A stretch of 64,000 bases of DNA, taken from positions 192,001 to 256,000 of the forward strand of contig CAVRCF010000002.1 in the NCBI GenBank assembly GCA_963719505.1, in the 5' to 3' direction. The DNA comes from Halobacteriovoraceae bacterium (GTDB taxonomy: Bacteria; Bdellovibrionota; Bacteriovoracia; Bacteriovoracales; Bacteriovoracaceae). Positions within the stretch are counted from its first letter, which is position 1, and the number at the start of each line of letters is the position of its first letter. This document shows positions 40,412 to 51,988 of this stretch, one piece after another. The notes below the pieces were generated by a model, which had not been told where the DNA came from, ran no database searches, and was given only the letters and a program-made list of their open reading frames with translations. The position numbers and the translations under genes were made by a program.

Positions 40412-40558
40412 ATGACAACAAATATAGAAGAGTTGAGACTGAAGATAGATATATTAGAACAACTACTTTCGAAGAAAGAACTTAAAAGAATATCTGTTTC
40501 TAAAAGATTTAAAAGAATCAGGCGAAAGATTTCAAAATATTTAATGATGAGCTTATAG
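40412..40558 (+). CDS. Small basic hypothetical protein (48 aa, not in the ORF track)
   Basis: GAGGAG RBS; MTTNIEELRLKIDILEQLL...YLMMSL*. Confidence 0.5.
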   Translation: MTTNIEELRLKIDILEQLLSKKELKRISVSKRFKRIRRKISKYLMMSL

Positions 40559-40566
40559 GAGCCAAG

Positions 40567-42457
40567 ATGAAAGTAATTTTAAATTTAATATTAATAATAA
40601 TTGTTTGCTCGTGCTCTTTTAAGTCAAACGATAACGACAAGAAGAATGCCAAAGTAGAGCTGATTACAAGTGATTTTGGCGGAGATGACTTTGATGGAGA
40701 TAGAATTAACAATAATGATGAGGTTTTGTTAGGACTTGATCCGTATGTGGCAGATATTCCTAAGGTTAAAGCAAATTTTCTGCAAAATTATAGAGTAAAA
40801 GCAATATTTGAAGATGAGAGTGAATTCTTAATTGATACTAAGGTTGCCAGAGATAATCCAGACTTTAAGTATAGAGTTGGAGAGCTTTTTATTAAGCGAG
40901 ATAGTTTGAAAAGTGCTGCTCGTATTGGTCGCTTTTCTGGTGTCTCATGGGGCGAAATTAAACAAAGAGATATTAGTTGGATTCAATTCCCTGATATCTC
41001 ACCTGAGTATTATTTTTCTAAAGTTAGAGAATACACCTCAAATCATAAAAAAACGAAGTCAGTCTCTATAACAATTGAAAATAATCTCAAGCTCCTAGAC
41101 TCTCAATTATATGATGAGATAAGAGACTTGCAAATTAATTATTATTATTACAGCTATAGCAAAGAAGACTATGTTCTTCTCAAAACACAAGTCGTAGATC
41201 AAGTATTTCAATCAGGTGTCAACGAGAAACTTCCAACTAGATTTAGAAAATGTACCACAAGAACTTCTACAAGATACATTTTTGAGGCACGGTGAGTTCA
41301 TCGTTTCTGAAGTGAAAGATTTCTATATACCTAATCTCAACCTAAAATATAGTGAACTACTAAAATCTGTTAAGGCCAAAACTGTTTCAGTGTACAAATC
41401 TAATCCAATTGAACATGAACTAGACTATGTCGCTGTTAAAGATATTGGCAGTTCATTTTTAGAAATCACGAAGAGACTTTATGGAAAAAATATAAATATC
41501 TCTGATGGACGACTTGAATCAATCGAGCAGTTTAGAAATAACTTAGAAGAGTTTAACAACTTAAGTGAATTAAAAGGAATGAATAAGACTGGAAAGTGGT
41601 TTGTAATGACCAAACAGTTAAAAACTCATTACTTATCTCATCTATATCAAAGTGGAGAAACCATATCTTTATCTTATATTACTGGGAGTGAATTAGCATC
41701 ACAAAGAGCTGAGAAAATCTTTTCTAAAACAGATTCCGTTTATACTGGAGAAAAAGGGATTGTCCATCCTTTGGGGAATATAAATAAAAATTCACAAATT
41801 GAGTTCAGTATTTATCTTAATAGGGAAAGAGGTAAAAAACTTATTCAAGAACATAAGAAATTTTCATTTCGACCTCCAAGTTGCAGAAACTGTACAGGAA
41901 CTAACTGGAGTGTTTGGGCAGAATATAGTGTAAATAGCTTTATTCAATACTACAGAGATTCAGAGGTAGAAAACCTTGATGAAGCTAACAGTATAGTTAA
42001 GGTATTAATTAATAATACTGTGCTCAACCTAGCTGAGTTAGAAAAAGAAAATTTATTACGAAGAGAGTTTAAAGAAGATCAAACTGGCAGTTACATTCAT
42101 TACAGCCTTCATGGTCTCGAGAAATTGGATGCATTCGTTGTCGGAGCTGAAAATATTGTTCAACTTAAATTATCTCCATTGAGTAAAGGTGAGGCCGCTG
42201 AAGGTGTTCAGATTACTAAAATTGGAGGACATAAAGTGAATATTCCTGAGCAAGCGGGATATATCACGTACCAAATGGCTAGAGATAACAGAACTAAGTT
42301 AGCAGAGACTGGATTACATTTTGATCATTGGAACCGACTAGTTGGGTGGGATACGAAAGATCCACAGGGATTCACACCTCAATTGGGAAAAATTCAAAAG
42401 TACTGGAGAGGCATAGTCGTAGATATTATTGGGACAATTAACAACAATTATAACTAG
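40567..42457 (+). CDS. Large lipoprotein with DxDGD Ca-binding motif; one frameshift near 41230
   Basis: Lipobox VCSC; DFDGDRINNNDE...DPYVADIP; ORFs 40567-41295 and 41216-42457 overlap as one gene. Confidence 0.65.
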
Positions 42458-42466
42458 GAGATAGAT

Positions 42467-42724
42467 TTGAATCTACTTATTACACTTTATTTATTTATGA
42501 ATGAAAACGTATGGGCCAGAAGCATAAAGGCAACAGCGGATAGGCTTGGAAGTGAAGCAAAAAACATCGGTCTGTCCGTGGGGTTATTTGGTCTCGCTGT
42601 GGCAGGAATCTACTTAACTCTAGGTAAGCAGGATGCCAGTACTAAAATTACTCAGGCAGGGCTTGGATTATTAGTAATCGTAATGTCTCCAAGTATTGTT
42701 AGTTTCATAAAGGGAGTAGCATAA
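42467..42724 (+). CDS. VirB2/TrbC-like pilin
   Basis: 85 aa; leader plus two hydrophobic helices; first of the tra genes. Confidence 0.65.
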   Translation: MNLLITLYLFMNENVWARSIKATADRLGSEAKNIGLSVGLFGLAVAGIYLTLGKQDASTKITQAGLGLLVIVMSPSIVSFIKGVA

Positions 42725-42981
42725 TGCAAAAATATCCTAAATTTCTAAATCAAGGCCCTAAATTTTTTGGGCTTAGTTTCCTAGATATAGTTATCTTTTG
42801 CTTAATGACATATCTGGGAGCTTTCTTAGACCTTAATCCAATTGTAACTCTTATTTTAAGTGCATCAACAATCTTTGTGATTCAAGCCTCTAAGAAGTAT
42901 TTTGATTTTATAGGATATTTGAATTCATCAAGGACGAAAACTCTTTCATGGATGAAAGATCTTGAAGGGAGGGAGCTATGA
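42724..42981 (+). CDS. VirB3/TraL-like membrane protein
   Basis: PKFFGLSFLD plus two TM helices, directly before VirB4. Confidence 0.6.
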   Translation: MQKYPKFLNQGPKFFGLSFLDIVIFCLMTYLGAFLDLNPIVTLILSASTIFVIQASKKYFDFIGYLNSSRTKTLSWMKDLEGREL

Positions 42982-44841
42982 AGTTCCCTCTCTTTGAGAC
43001 AATTGATAATAAGCTAGTATCTCTAACAGGTGAAACTAGTTATCTTTGGAAGCTTACTCCTCCTGATTTAGAGCAAGTTGAAGATAAGAACTCTTATTAC
43101 AGCTCTATAGAAGAGAGTATCATCTTAAATAAGACTGAATGGGCCAAGTTTTATCATATAGACGGACAGCATTGGTTTAACTCAAAAGAAGAACTTAAAA
43201 ACCCTAATATAAGCTCAGAAGTAGAACTCAATCCATTATCTATTCTTTTTAAAGAAGCTAACTCGGAAATAGAGCTATTTGATAATTACTTTGTTTTAAA
43301 TAACAGGTTCTACCAATTGTTATCTGTTGAAACCTTTATGGATCAGATTAGTATTACTGATCTTGAAAATTGTAACTTTTGTTTGATGTTTGAAAAAATC
43401 AAAGCTAATACGGCAAAAAATAAACTGCAACTCAATAGACGTATGCACTTTTCATCAACTTTAAAGAACATAAGAGATATCGAATCCGAAAAGTCATACC
43501 AAGAGTCAGAGGACTTACTTGAAAGTGTAATTACTGGTGAAACAGAAGTTTATAAATCAGAGATGTTCTTTATTGTTGATGGAGTAACGAAGAAAGACTT
43601 AGATGATCAAATCAAAAGAACTAATCGAATATATTACCTCTTTAAATGGAAAACTAAGAATAGAAGGAAGAGGACTTAGTTTCTTTTTAAATTCGATTAT
43701 TCCTGGTGTAAGGCCAAGTCTAAAGAGACATAAGCTTATGCCTTCGACTTATATGAGTGAATTAATTCCCTTAAGTTGTGAAGAGGTAGCTAGTAAAGGA
43801 ATGAAGCTAACTTCAAGAAAAGGGAATCCAGTAGCTTTTAACTTATTTGATAATAAAGCCACTAACTACAATATTCTTATCACTGGAACCTCTGGACAAG
43901 GAAAGTCCATGATCGCTAACAAGCTAATCAAAGAAGAGTTAGAAAGTGGATCTAAAGGAATAATTCTAGATTTAGGAAACTCATTTAAAAAGAATACGCT
44001 TTTTCATCGTGGAGCCGTCTTTAGTGAAAAGTTTAATCCTTTTCAGTTCAAAAATCCAGTGTATCTAAAAGAGTTTATCATTTCTGTGACAGGTTATGTT
44101 TGGGATAGAAAAGAAGCAGGTAAGCTTTATGAGTCTATCAAAGAGAATATCGATAAAGCAGGTAACTTCAACGAACTTATTGCTCTTCTAGATAATGAGA
44201 TAGGAGATATAAAGTACTACTTCTCTGAAATAGAACAGTTCTTCACAGATGAGGATATCAAACTGAATGATCTAACTTACTGTGACTTAACTATTTATCC
44301 AGAAATAATAAAATCACCTTTGATGGTCTATTTGGTTGAGTACTTTAAGCAGTTAGAAGGTAAGAAGATCTTTGTCTTTGATGAATGCTGGGGACTTCTT
44401 AAAAATAATGCAGATTACATCGCTGAGTGCTTTAGAACCTTTAGAAAGCATAATGCCAGTGCTATTGCGATTTCTCAAAACCTTGATGATTTCAGCGAAA
44501 CTCAGCTAGGCCGAGTAATAATTCAAAATACATACTATAAGTTTTTGTTTAAGCAAAATATTGGAAAGACTCCATTTGTTTCAGATTTTCAACTCGACCT
44601 TCTTGATACTGTTAAATCTAATAGAGGGGAGTATTCAGAGTTTCTTATGCTCAGTGAAGAGATTCAAAAAATAATTCGATATTACTCGTCTGCACTTGAA
44701 TATGAACTCTTCACTTCAAGTAAAAGAGATAATGATCAAATTGAAAAGTACTTTGAAGAGAAGGGGAAGTATTTAGACTTTGATATGGCATTTAGGAACT
44801 ATACAAAAATTAAATACCCACATTTTATGGAGGAGCTATGA
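42978..44841 (+). CDS. virB4: VirB4/TraC-family T4SS ATPase; one frameshift near 43615
   Basis: Walker A GTSGQGKS, Walker B FVFDECW, RTFRKHNASAIAISQ. Confidence 0.88.
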
Positions 44842-45494
44842 AGAAAGAACTTACAGTTTGTTTATTGGCCTCAATACTTAATAAACCAGTATCCGCTTCT
44901 ATGTTTGGTGAAGAAACAGCAGTACTTATTGAAATAGCTACAACAACAGCGACTCAACTTAATGAGCTTGAAAAGTTAGTTTCTAATGCTGAAAAGTACA
45001 CTAAACAGATGCAAAAATATAATGAGTTGTTTCAGGATCAATACTTCAGGGCAGAAAGAATTCTATTTGTAGCTGAGTCTTTAGCTGCAAAAAAAGAAGC
45101 TGCCAACTTAGGAGAGCTTAACTGGGCGATTAGAGAACTTAAATACTCAATGAGTGAGCTTAAAAGTCTTATGAATGAGTATAAAGATATCAAAAATAAT
45201 GAAGATAAGACTAAGTATCAGGTTAAAGAACTTAAGAAGATTAATGAAAAGAAATCAAAACTTGCAATTCATCAGATCAAAAGTTCAGCGGGTGCAAAAA
45301 CAACAGGAAGAGCAACACAGTTAACAGCTAGAAATACAGCTCTTATTTATGAGCAGAATATTGAAATGCATAATACTCAACTTGAGATTTTAGAAAAGAT
45401 GTCTACGAGTAATAGATTATTAGCTGAACAATTAGAGACCGAAAGATTTAAACAGATACAAAAAGAGAAATCTTATGGAGTAGTCAAAAAATGA
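44838..45494 (+). CDS. TrbJ/VirB5-like helical secreted protein
   Basis: Signal peptide, coiled-coil, located between VirB4 and the VirB6-like gene. Confidence 0.55.
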   Translation: MKKELTVCLLASILNKPVSASMFGEETAVLIEIATTTATQLNELEKLVSNAEKYTKQMQKYNELFQDQYFRAERILFVAESLAAKKEAANLGELNWAIRELKYSMSELKSLMNEYKDIKNNEDKTKYQVKELKKINEKKSKLAIHQIKSSAGAKTTGRATQLTARNTALIYEQNIEMHNTQLEILEKMSTSNRLLAEQLETERFKQIQKEKSYGVVKK

Positions 45495-46753
45495 ATATTC
45501 TAAAAGATATGCTTTTGATCTCAGATCCATCAGTCTTAAAGCTTTATAAAGAGTTGATTGCTATATCAGGATACTTTATAGCACCTGTATTCACTGTTGC
45601 ACTAGTTATTGAGTACCTTGGAGAGATGAACTTTGCAGGTGTACTTAAGAAGCTATTGATAATTGTTGTTTTTATGGGAGCTTTTTATAACGTTCACACT
45701 AAAGCAGTTGATATCTCTCTTATAACAGCTTCAAAGACATTAAAACGAATTAGTCCAAGAAATCTATTTGTTAAGAAATGGTTTAAAGTAAAAGTTAAAA
45801 CGAAAAAGAAAAGCTCTTGGAGTTCGTTAGAAGCATTTGCTATTCCAAATTTGAATGATCTTGTAGCAACTTTATTTTTTGTTCTCTCAAAAGTCTTTAT
45901 TTGGCTTTTAAAGCTTATTTATTCAAGCGTATATCACTTAACTTATATATTCGCTGGATTTACGGCAATCATGTACTTCTTAGGTTGGACTAAAGATGCG
46001 CTCAAGGGAACTATCCAAGCGAGTCTTTGGTGCATGATCTTGCCTTTTGTAATTGTCGCTATTTTAGGTCTAGTAGGGAACTCAATGGATAATAGTGCAG
46101 CAGTTGGTGAAGTCGCATTTGCAAGTATCAATAACCTTGTGTGGCTCTTTGGAGTGACACTACTTCTACTCATTTCTCCATTAATTACTTATGGGATGAT
46201 TAAAGGTGATGGAATTCATAGCGCTGGAGCTAAAATGGGATCAATGATGGTTAGTTCAGGTACTCATGCCTTATCAATGCTTCCAATGGTTACTCGTTTT
46301 GGACAATCTAGTAAGAAAACATTTAAAAAAGGTAAGAACGGACTCAATAAAGCGACTAGAAGTATTAGTCAGCTAAGAGATAGTAAATCTCAATCCTCTT
46401 CAAAGCTCTCTAACTTAAAGAGCAATAGATTTGCTTCAAGTAATCAAAAATCGAGACTAAGCAGCAAGGACAGTACTTTAAAAAGTGACAAGACTCAAAC
46501 TAATAAAGCTTCTAAATATAGTACTCAAAAAGACAGCAGTAGGTTTGAAATTAAATCCAATAAATCGGATCAAAGATCTAATACTGCTAAGAGTAGCAAA
46601 GAAAAGCTAACAGATAAGAGGATGGATTCAAAAGTTAAAAACTCTAGTCGAGACATCAGTAAGAATACTGTGGATAAAAGAACAATAAAAAGTAAGTCCA
46701 CTAAAGAGATAAGTAATAGAAGAGATCGAGGAGGTAAGCGTGAGTTACGATGA
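45491..46753 (+). CDS. VirB6/TrbL-like polytopic membrane protein with Ser/Lys-rich tail
   Basis: About 6 TM helices then a low-complexity C-terminus; operon position. Confidence 0.6.
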   Translation: MNILKDMLLISDPSVLKLYKELIAISGYFIAPVFTVALVIEYLGEMNFAGVLKKLLIIVVFMGAFYNVHTKAVDISLITASKTLKRISPRNLFVKKWFKVKVKTKKKSSWSSLEAFAIPNLNDLVATLFFVLSKVFIWLLKLIYSSVYHLTYIFAGFTAIMYFLGWTKDALKGTIQASLWCMILPFVIVAILGLVGNSMDNSAAVGEVAFASINNLVWLFGVTLLLLISPLITYGMIKGDGIHSAGAKMGSMMVSSGTHALSMLPMVTRFGQSSKKTFKKGKNGLNKATRSISQLRDSKSQSSSKLSNLKSNRFASSNQKSRLSSKDSTLKSDKTQTNKASKYSTQKDSSRFEIKSNKSDQRSNTAKSSKEKLTDKRMDSKVKNSSRDISKNTVDKRTIKSKSTKEISNRRDRGGKRELR

Positions 46754-47186
46754 TTTTCAAGCAACTTTCATGAAAGAGAATAAAAAACTAAGAATAATGA
46801 TGGCAGTTTCATCTTTGATATTTGTAGCGATACTAGTTTTGTTGATTTTTGAGAAAAAGTACTTTGTATATCAGGGGCATCCAGTTTTTGAAGAAAGGAT
46901 ATTGTCTGAGAGTGTTTGTCTTGAGGGTTTTAAGAGCATTGTTAGCGGTGAACCTGATGATACTACAGTGAGTTCTGGAATTTTGGGTATTCTAAAGAAA
47001 GATCCATTTGAATTAGAGATCTCAAAAGTTCTAGGCCTTAAGTCATTAGAGCAAGGATTTTGTAAAATTATAATAAATTCAAAAGATAAGCTTATGGCCT
47101 TTAAAGTTGGACTTGAAGGAAGTGATGAGAATCCATTTTATTACAAAGTGCTATCAATTGATGAATTAGCATACAAGGGGGAGTAA
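46740..47186 (+). CDS. VirB8-like bitopic membrane protein
   Basis: One N-terminal TM helix; C-terminal ENPFYYKV resembles VirB8 NPxG; operon position. Confidence 0.5.
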   Translation: MSYDDFQATFMKENKKLRIMMAVSSLIFVAILVLLIFEKKYFVYQGHPVFEERILSESVCLEGFKSIVSGEPDDTTVSSGILGILKKDPFELEISKVLGLKSLEQGFCKIIINSKDKLMAFKVGLEGSDENPFYYKVLSIDELAYKGE

Positions 47187-47655
47187 ATGACATTTTATAT
47201 ATTAATGAATCAAGTAACGACATTGTTTCTAAGTTTAAACTTACTTACAACGCTTTCGTTTGAATCTGAGGTTATTAGCTTCATGTATGGAGGCAGCGAG
47301 CAGGACGTGTATTTTAAGGTAACCAATAATAGAAAGACTTTAGCGATCAAACCTAAGATTGAAGGAACGCTATCCAATCTTATTAGTTATAACTAAGCAG
47401 AGAAAATATTATTTTGATTTGTCACATAGTGCAAAGAATCCTCATCAATTTGTTGAGGTTAAGCATGGGGTTATAAATCATGCGATGAAAAAGCTAGTCA
47501 CAAAGCCAGATTATGAAATCTTACAAGGAGACTCTTCAATTCTTTATATCAATAGAGGCCGGCCTAAGGTCATAAATGGAAAGCAGGTCAAAACTAAGGA
47601 GTACTTCTCTAAGGGAGTACCACTAATTGTTAATGGCAACAGAGCTTTAAACTAA
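47187..47655 (+). CDS. VirB9-like protein; frameshift near 47380
   Basis: TLAIKP...NLLVIT.QRKYYFDL across ORFs 47187-47396 and 47359-47655. Confidence 0.55.
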
Positions 47656-47672
47656 TTAACTAGGACATCTAA

Positions 47673-48434
47673 ATGAATAAGTATTTTGCAATTATTTTTG
47701 TAATGGGGATTCCTGCGCTTCTTTTTGCAAATGAAGCAAGGATCACTAGATTAAAGAAAAACAAAGTAACTAAAACTACTACCAATAATGGAAGTAACTC
47801 AAGGAGAAGAGAGAATGACATTCTTAAAAAAATGTACGAGCAAAACAAAAAGATTAACGCCCTTCTTAAAAGAAAAAGTGAAGTCCCATATATTTGGGAA
47901 GGACGGTCTAAAATCCTTACTGGACGAGTATTCAAGGGTACTCTTTTAAACTCTATTAATTCAACGAACCTATCTAGTCCTGTTCTTGTTAAAGCGCATC
48001 CAGACCAAGGCTTGGATGTCGGATCTAAGTTCGCATGCTTTGGAACAACTGCTCATAAGAGAGTTCAAGTCATTTGTAATAAGCTTGTTACAAGAAGCAA
48101 TGAACAGTTAATCAATGCTCAAGTTTTAAACATGGATGGATCATCAGGGTTAGTTGGGGAATACGATGACGGTAAAGAAGATTTAATTACAGGCGCGATC
48201 ATTTCTGATTTCACTCAAGGAGTATTATCGGCATCTAAGAGTAGAGTCGTGACAGGTATTGGAGAGCTAGAAGATGCAAGTGTAAAAAACAAAGTATTTC
48301 AAGGTCTTATAAATTCAGGACAAACAACATCAGACATTCTTTTAGAAGATATGAAAAATAAAGAGCCTGTTGTTACTGTCGAAGCTGGAACTCAAGTCTT
48401 GATTTACTTTCAGGAGGCGATAAATGAGATTTAG
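47673..48434 (+). CDS. VirB10/TrbI-family protein
   Basis: GTLLNSINS....PV, DGSSGLVG, PVVTVEAGTQVLIYF. Confidence 0.75.
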   Translation: MNKYFAIIFVMGIPALLFANEARITRLKKNKVTKTTTNNGSNSRRRENDILKKMYEQNKKINALLKRKSEVPYIWEGRSKILTGRVFKGTLLNSINSTNLSSPVLVKAHPDQGLDVGSKFACFGTTAHKRVQVICNKLVTRSNEQLINAQVLNMDGSSGLVGEYDDGKEDLITGAIISDFTQGVLSASKSRVVTGIGELEDASVKNKVFQGLINSGQTTSDILLEDMKNKEPVVTVEAGTQVLIYFQEAINEI

Positions 48435-48936
48435 CTTAATTGTATTACTAATAGCATTAACTTCTTGTTCAAGCTTTAAAAGAACTGTTGTTACAGCTGC
48501 ACTGACTGGAGCAATAGTTGGAGCAGCTGGAGGCGCTGCATTTTCACCTGATGAGGAATCTAGAGATAGAAATACCTATTTATTTGGAGTTGCTGGAGCA
48601 TTAGCCGGAGCTGGAGCTGCTTTTCTTTTTAGAGATGAGCCCATGAATAAGAATCTACAAACTCCAATGCTGTTAGATGAAGATAAACAAACACATAGGG
48701 AGGTTCCGTTATTTGATTTTTCACCACAGTTAAAAAATATAAAACCAGAAGTAACATTTAAGCCTGTTAAGAAGTTTGAAGTACCACTTGAAAAACTACC
48801 TAAGTCGCTTGAGGGAAAAGTTAAGAAGCAATACATCATTGAATACGAGGCAGAGGCAAGGACTTTAAATATTGGATCAAGAACGATCCAAATTAGTCCA
48901 TTCAAAGCGTGGGAGCATGTATATGAAGAACAATAA
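48424..48936 (+). CDS. Glycine-zipper lipoprotein in the tra operon
   Basis: Lipobox LTSC; GAIVGAAGGA / GALAGAGAA. Confidence 0.65.
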   Translation: MRFSLIVLLIALTSCSSFKRTVVTAALTGAIVGAAGGAAFSPDEESRDRNTYLFGVAGALAGAGAAFLFRDEPMNKNLQTPMLLDEDKQTHREVPLFDFSPQLKNIKPEVTFKPVKKFEVPLEKLPKSLEGKVKKQYIIEYEAEARTLNIGSRTIQISPFKAWEHVYEEQ

Positions 48937-50317
48937 TAAAAGTAACGATCTCGATCTATTTACACCAATAGTTGAGATCTTTCATGAACTTTGCATGATG
49001 GTTGTAGGAATTATAACTGAACTTGCTAAGTATCTATGGAGAAGAATTACTAAGTCACCAGCAGAAGTTAAAAAGATTGAGAGGAAGAGCTTTAAGTAGT
49101 AAAAAATCGACAAAAAGCCTGAGGCCTTAGGAGTAGATACGAGATCTAAGAAAGATATCTTATTAAAAGATATAGACTTCACTAAGCATAGCTTCATTGT
49201 AGGAGCATCAGGTTACGGTAAGACAAATCTTATTAGTATGCTCCAAGAGAATAACTTAAAACAAGATAAACCGATTATCTTTATTGATCCTAAAGGCGAT
49301 ATGGATGCACTTAAGACCTTTAAAAGGCTTTGCGAAAAAAATGGTAAGCCTTGTTATATTTTCTCTGAGCATTATGAAGATTCAATTAGTCTTAACCCAG
49401 TATTAGAGGGATCAGTTAGTCTTGTTAAAAAGAGGATTATGGACTCTCTTGATTGGTCAGAGCCTTATTATAAGAATCAGTGCAAGATAACTCTTTCAAA
49501 AGCTCTTAATAAAATAAAAGAGTGATGGACACAAGTTTACTCTTAAAAGAATCTACGATTATGTATGTGAGCTACAAACTAAAGATAACTTAGGCTTAAT
49601 TGTTCAGCTGCAAGAGATTCTAGAAAGTGATTTTGGTAAAATTTTATCAAGTGATGATGGAATGACATTTTCTCAGATTAGAAAAGAGAGAGCTTGTCTT
49701 TATATTGGACTATCAACTCAAGGCTATGGTGAGATGGCTGTCGGTATAGGAAAGCTATTCTTAAATGAACTTTTCTATAATTCTTACTGCTCTCTTATAG
49801 ATAAGAATTCAAAAGCAAATGCTTTATCTAATCCTATTAGTGTTTATTTTGATGAATTTGGTGCTGTTGTAACCCCTGAGTTCATTGAATTACAAAACAA
49901 ATGTAGAGGTGCTGGTATTGAACTCACGATGGCAGTTCAGACATGCAGCAGACATTAATAGAATCAGATCCTGAGCTTACTCAGCAAGTTGTGGAGAATG
50001 CAAATAATTATTTATCCTAAAGCAAAGATTGGATGAAGGTTCCTCATTTTTCTCATAGTCATATCGGTACAGTTATAACCAAGAAACTTACTTCTCAAAC
50101 AGAGAACGGTGAAGAACAAAGTGCAGGAACTGTAAGAGAAGTTAATGAGCTTATAGTTCATCCAGATATCATAAAGAATTTAAGAATAGGTCAATGTGTA
50201 CTTTTAAGGCAGTCGCCAACGCAAGTTAACTTAATCAACATTAGAAATAGACAGATGGAGGCGATTCAAAAAGTGAATAAGCTTGTTGAAGAAGGAAAGA
50301 TAACTTTAAACTTTTAG
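48923..50317 (+). CDS. Type IV coupling protein (VirD4/TraD-like), split by several frameshifts
   Basis: Walker A GASGYGKT near 49200; FIDPKGD; YFDEFG...RGAGI..AVQ; PDIIKNLRIGQ. Confidence 0.8.
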
Positions 50318-50324
50318 GGGGAGC

Positions 50325-51052
50325 ATGGAAGTAATTTATCCAACATCAGGGATGCAATTAAATTATTTAGAGCCATTAAAGAAATGGAGGATCTTAGATC
50401 TAAAGAGTTTAATGAGAGAATCAAGATATGAAGCAACTTACAAAGGATTTTGTAAAATGTTGTTAAGGCTTGAACAGAAAAATATTATTGGCTCATTTAG
50501 AGAGCCTTTTTCAGGGAGGAAATATTTGTATTTAACCAAAGAGGGAAATCATTCTCTGGGAGGAAATGCGAATCCTCCATCAATAAGTAGAACTACACTT
50601 GTTCATGATGCAAAAGTTGTTGAGTTAGTTTTAGAGCTTATGAAACTCGAATCTATTTACGGGTTTGAATTAGAGCATCAAATCAGAGATATGAAATCTT
50701 TTGGATCAACTTATCAGATTTGTCCTGATGCAGTGATGTTAGGTCAAAAAGGTAAAAACTAAATTTAAACTAGCAATTGAACTTGAGTTAACTAGAAAGA
50801 CAAAAGAGAAGTACTTAGCAAAAATTGGTCAGTACTTAAGTTCAAGTTATTACGACTTTGTCGTTTATTACTTTCAGAGTCGAGGTGTTATGAATTCTTA
50901 TATGAAGCATATAAAAGAGAAGTACGGTGATGAGTCAGATCGAAAAATACTTATATGTCTTAAATGAAAAACTACTGACCAATAAATTCAAATTTGATGA
51001 ATCAATTGCATTTCATAAAAATAAGGAGGGAAAACTTGAAAACGTATTTTAA
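50325..51052 (+). CDS. Replication-relaxation (MOBC-type) relaxase, frameshifted
   Basis: wHTH ending YLYLTKEG; LVHD; PDA...AIELELTRKTKEKY continues in the next frame (MOBC D..ExE...K...Y signature). Confidence 0.72.
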
Positions 51053-51117
51053 AGTAAATAATAGTGTCACCTTGATGGCGACAGCTTGTCTCTTATTAGT
51101 ATCATTGGTGAACAACG

Positions 51118-51264
51118 ATTTTTCCATGCCCTCTAATGTATTGATTTCATAGATCTTTCTCACACTCCGAAAGTGACTCCCTCCCTCTCACGTAAATGTG
51201 GATGGATGGAGTCACTTTCTACGTGCGAGAAGATAATAATATGAAATAGAGGGCATGGAAAAAT
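51118..51264. other. ~147-nt imperfect hairpin; candidate oriT, single-strand origin or ssDNA promoter
   Basis: 18-bp perfect IR (51118-35/51247-64), 8-bp IR (51144-51/51240-47) and 12-bp perfect IR (51169-80/51208-19), nested. Confidence 0.65.
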
Positions 51265-51279
51265 AGTAAATAATAGGTA

Positions 51280-51652
51280 ATGGAAGGAGAATTAATGGTG
51301 GAAGAAAAGAATAAAAAAAGAGGAAGAAGACCAAAAAATGAGAAGAAGGAGTATGTATTAAATAGAGATCAAACTAAGTTTTTTATAGATTACGGAGATA
51401 ATAAAAAAGAATTAGAGGTCGTATTTGATTTGTTGAGTAAGGCCAATAAAAAAAGTTTAGGGCGAGATATAACATTTAAAGACTTAGCCTTATTCGGACT
51501 TTCTAAGATCAACGAAAGAGACATTGAAAAATTCAAGAGTCATCACTAGGCGAGATGGAGAAGGTTCAAAGGGCTTTAGATGAATATAACCTAAAGAGCG
51601 ATAAGAAGCTAAGCCTTGGTGATTCTTTATAAAGAAGCTAAATATTAATTAA
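51280..51652 (+). CDS. Hypothetical DNA-binding / relaxosome accessory-like protein, frameshifted
   Basis: Basic N-terminus KKRGRRPK; reading continues in other frames to about 51652. Confidence 0.5.
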
Positions 51653-51667
51653 ATTTAAGGAGTCATT

Positions 51668-51977
51668 ATGGAAAATTCATTTGAGCGCTTATTTGTTGGA
51701 CGATTAGGTAAAAATCCAGATCTTAGATACACGAAAAATCAAAAAGCTGTTTGTTATTTATCCGTTGCAACAACTAATGAAGTTGATAAGAAGAACTGAT
51801 TGGCATAGAGTTGTTGTATGGGGAAAGCAAGCAGAGCTTTGTAATCTATATCTTGAAAAAGGAAGAGAAGTCTTTGTTAAAGGAAAAAAAGAACTCAAAG
51901 AGTTTATGACTGGTGAAGGAGATCTCAAAAGGTATAAAGAAATTAATGCTAGTTTAATTGGTTTTCCAAATTTGTAA
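51668..51977 (+). CDS. ssb: Single-stranded DNA-binding protein (no acidic tail), one frameshift
   Basis: FVGRLGKNPDLRYT...SVAT, then TDWHRVVVWGKQAE...LEKGREVFVKG. Confidence 0.88.
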
Positions 51978-51988
51978 ATGGAGGTTAA

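Noticed and set aside
43600-43630. Programmed ribosomal frameshift in virB4
   Set aside because: Similar breaks occur in many unrelated genes, so a sequencing indel is the simpler explanation
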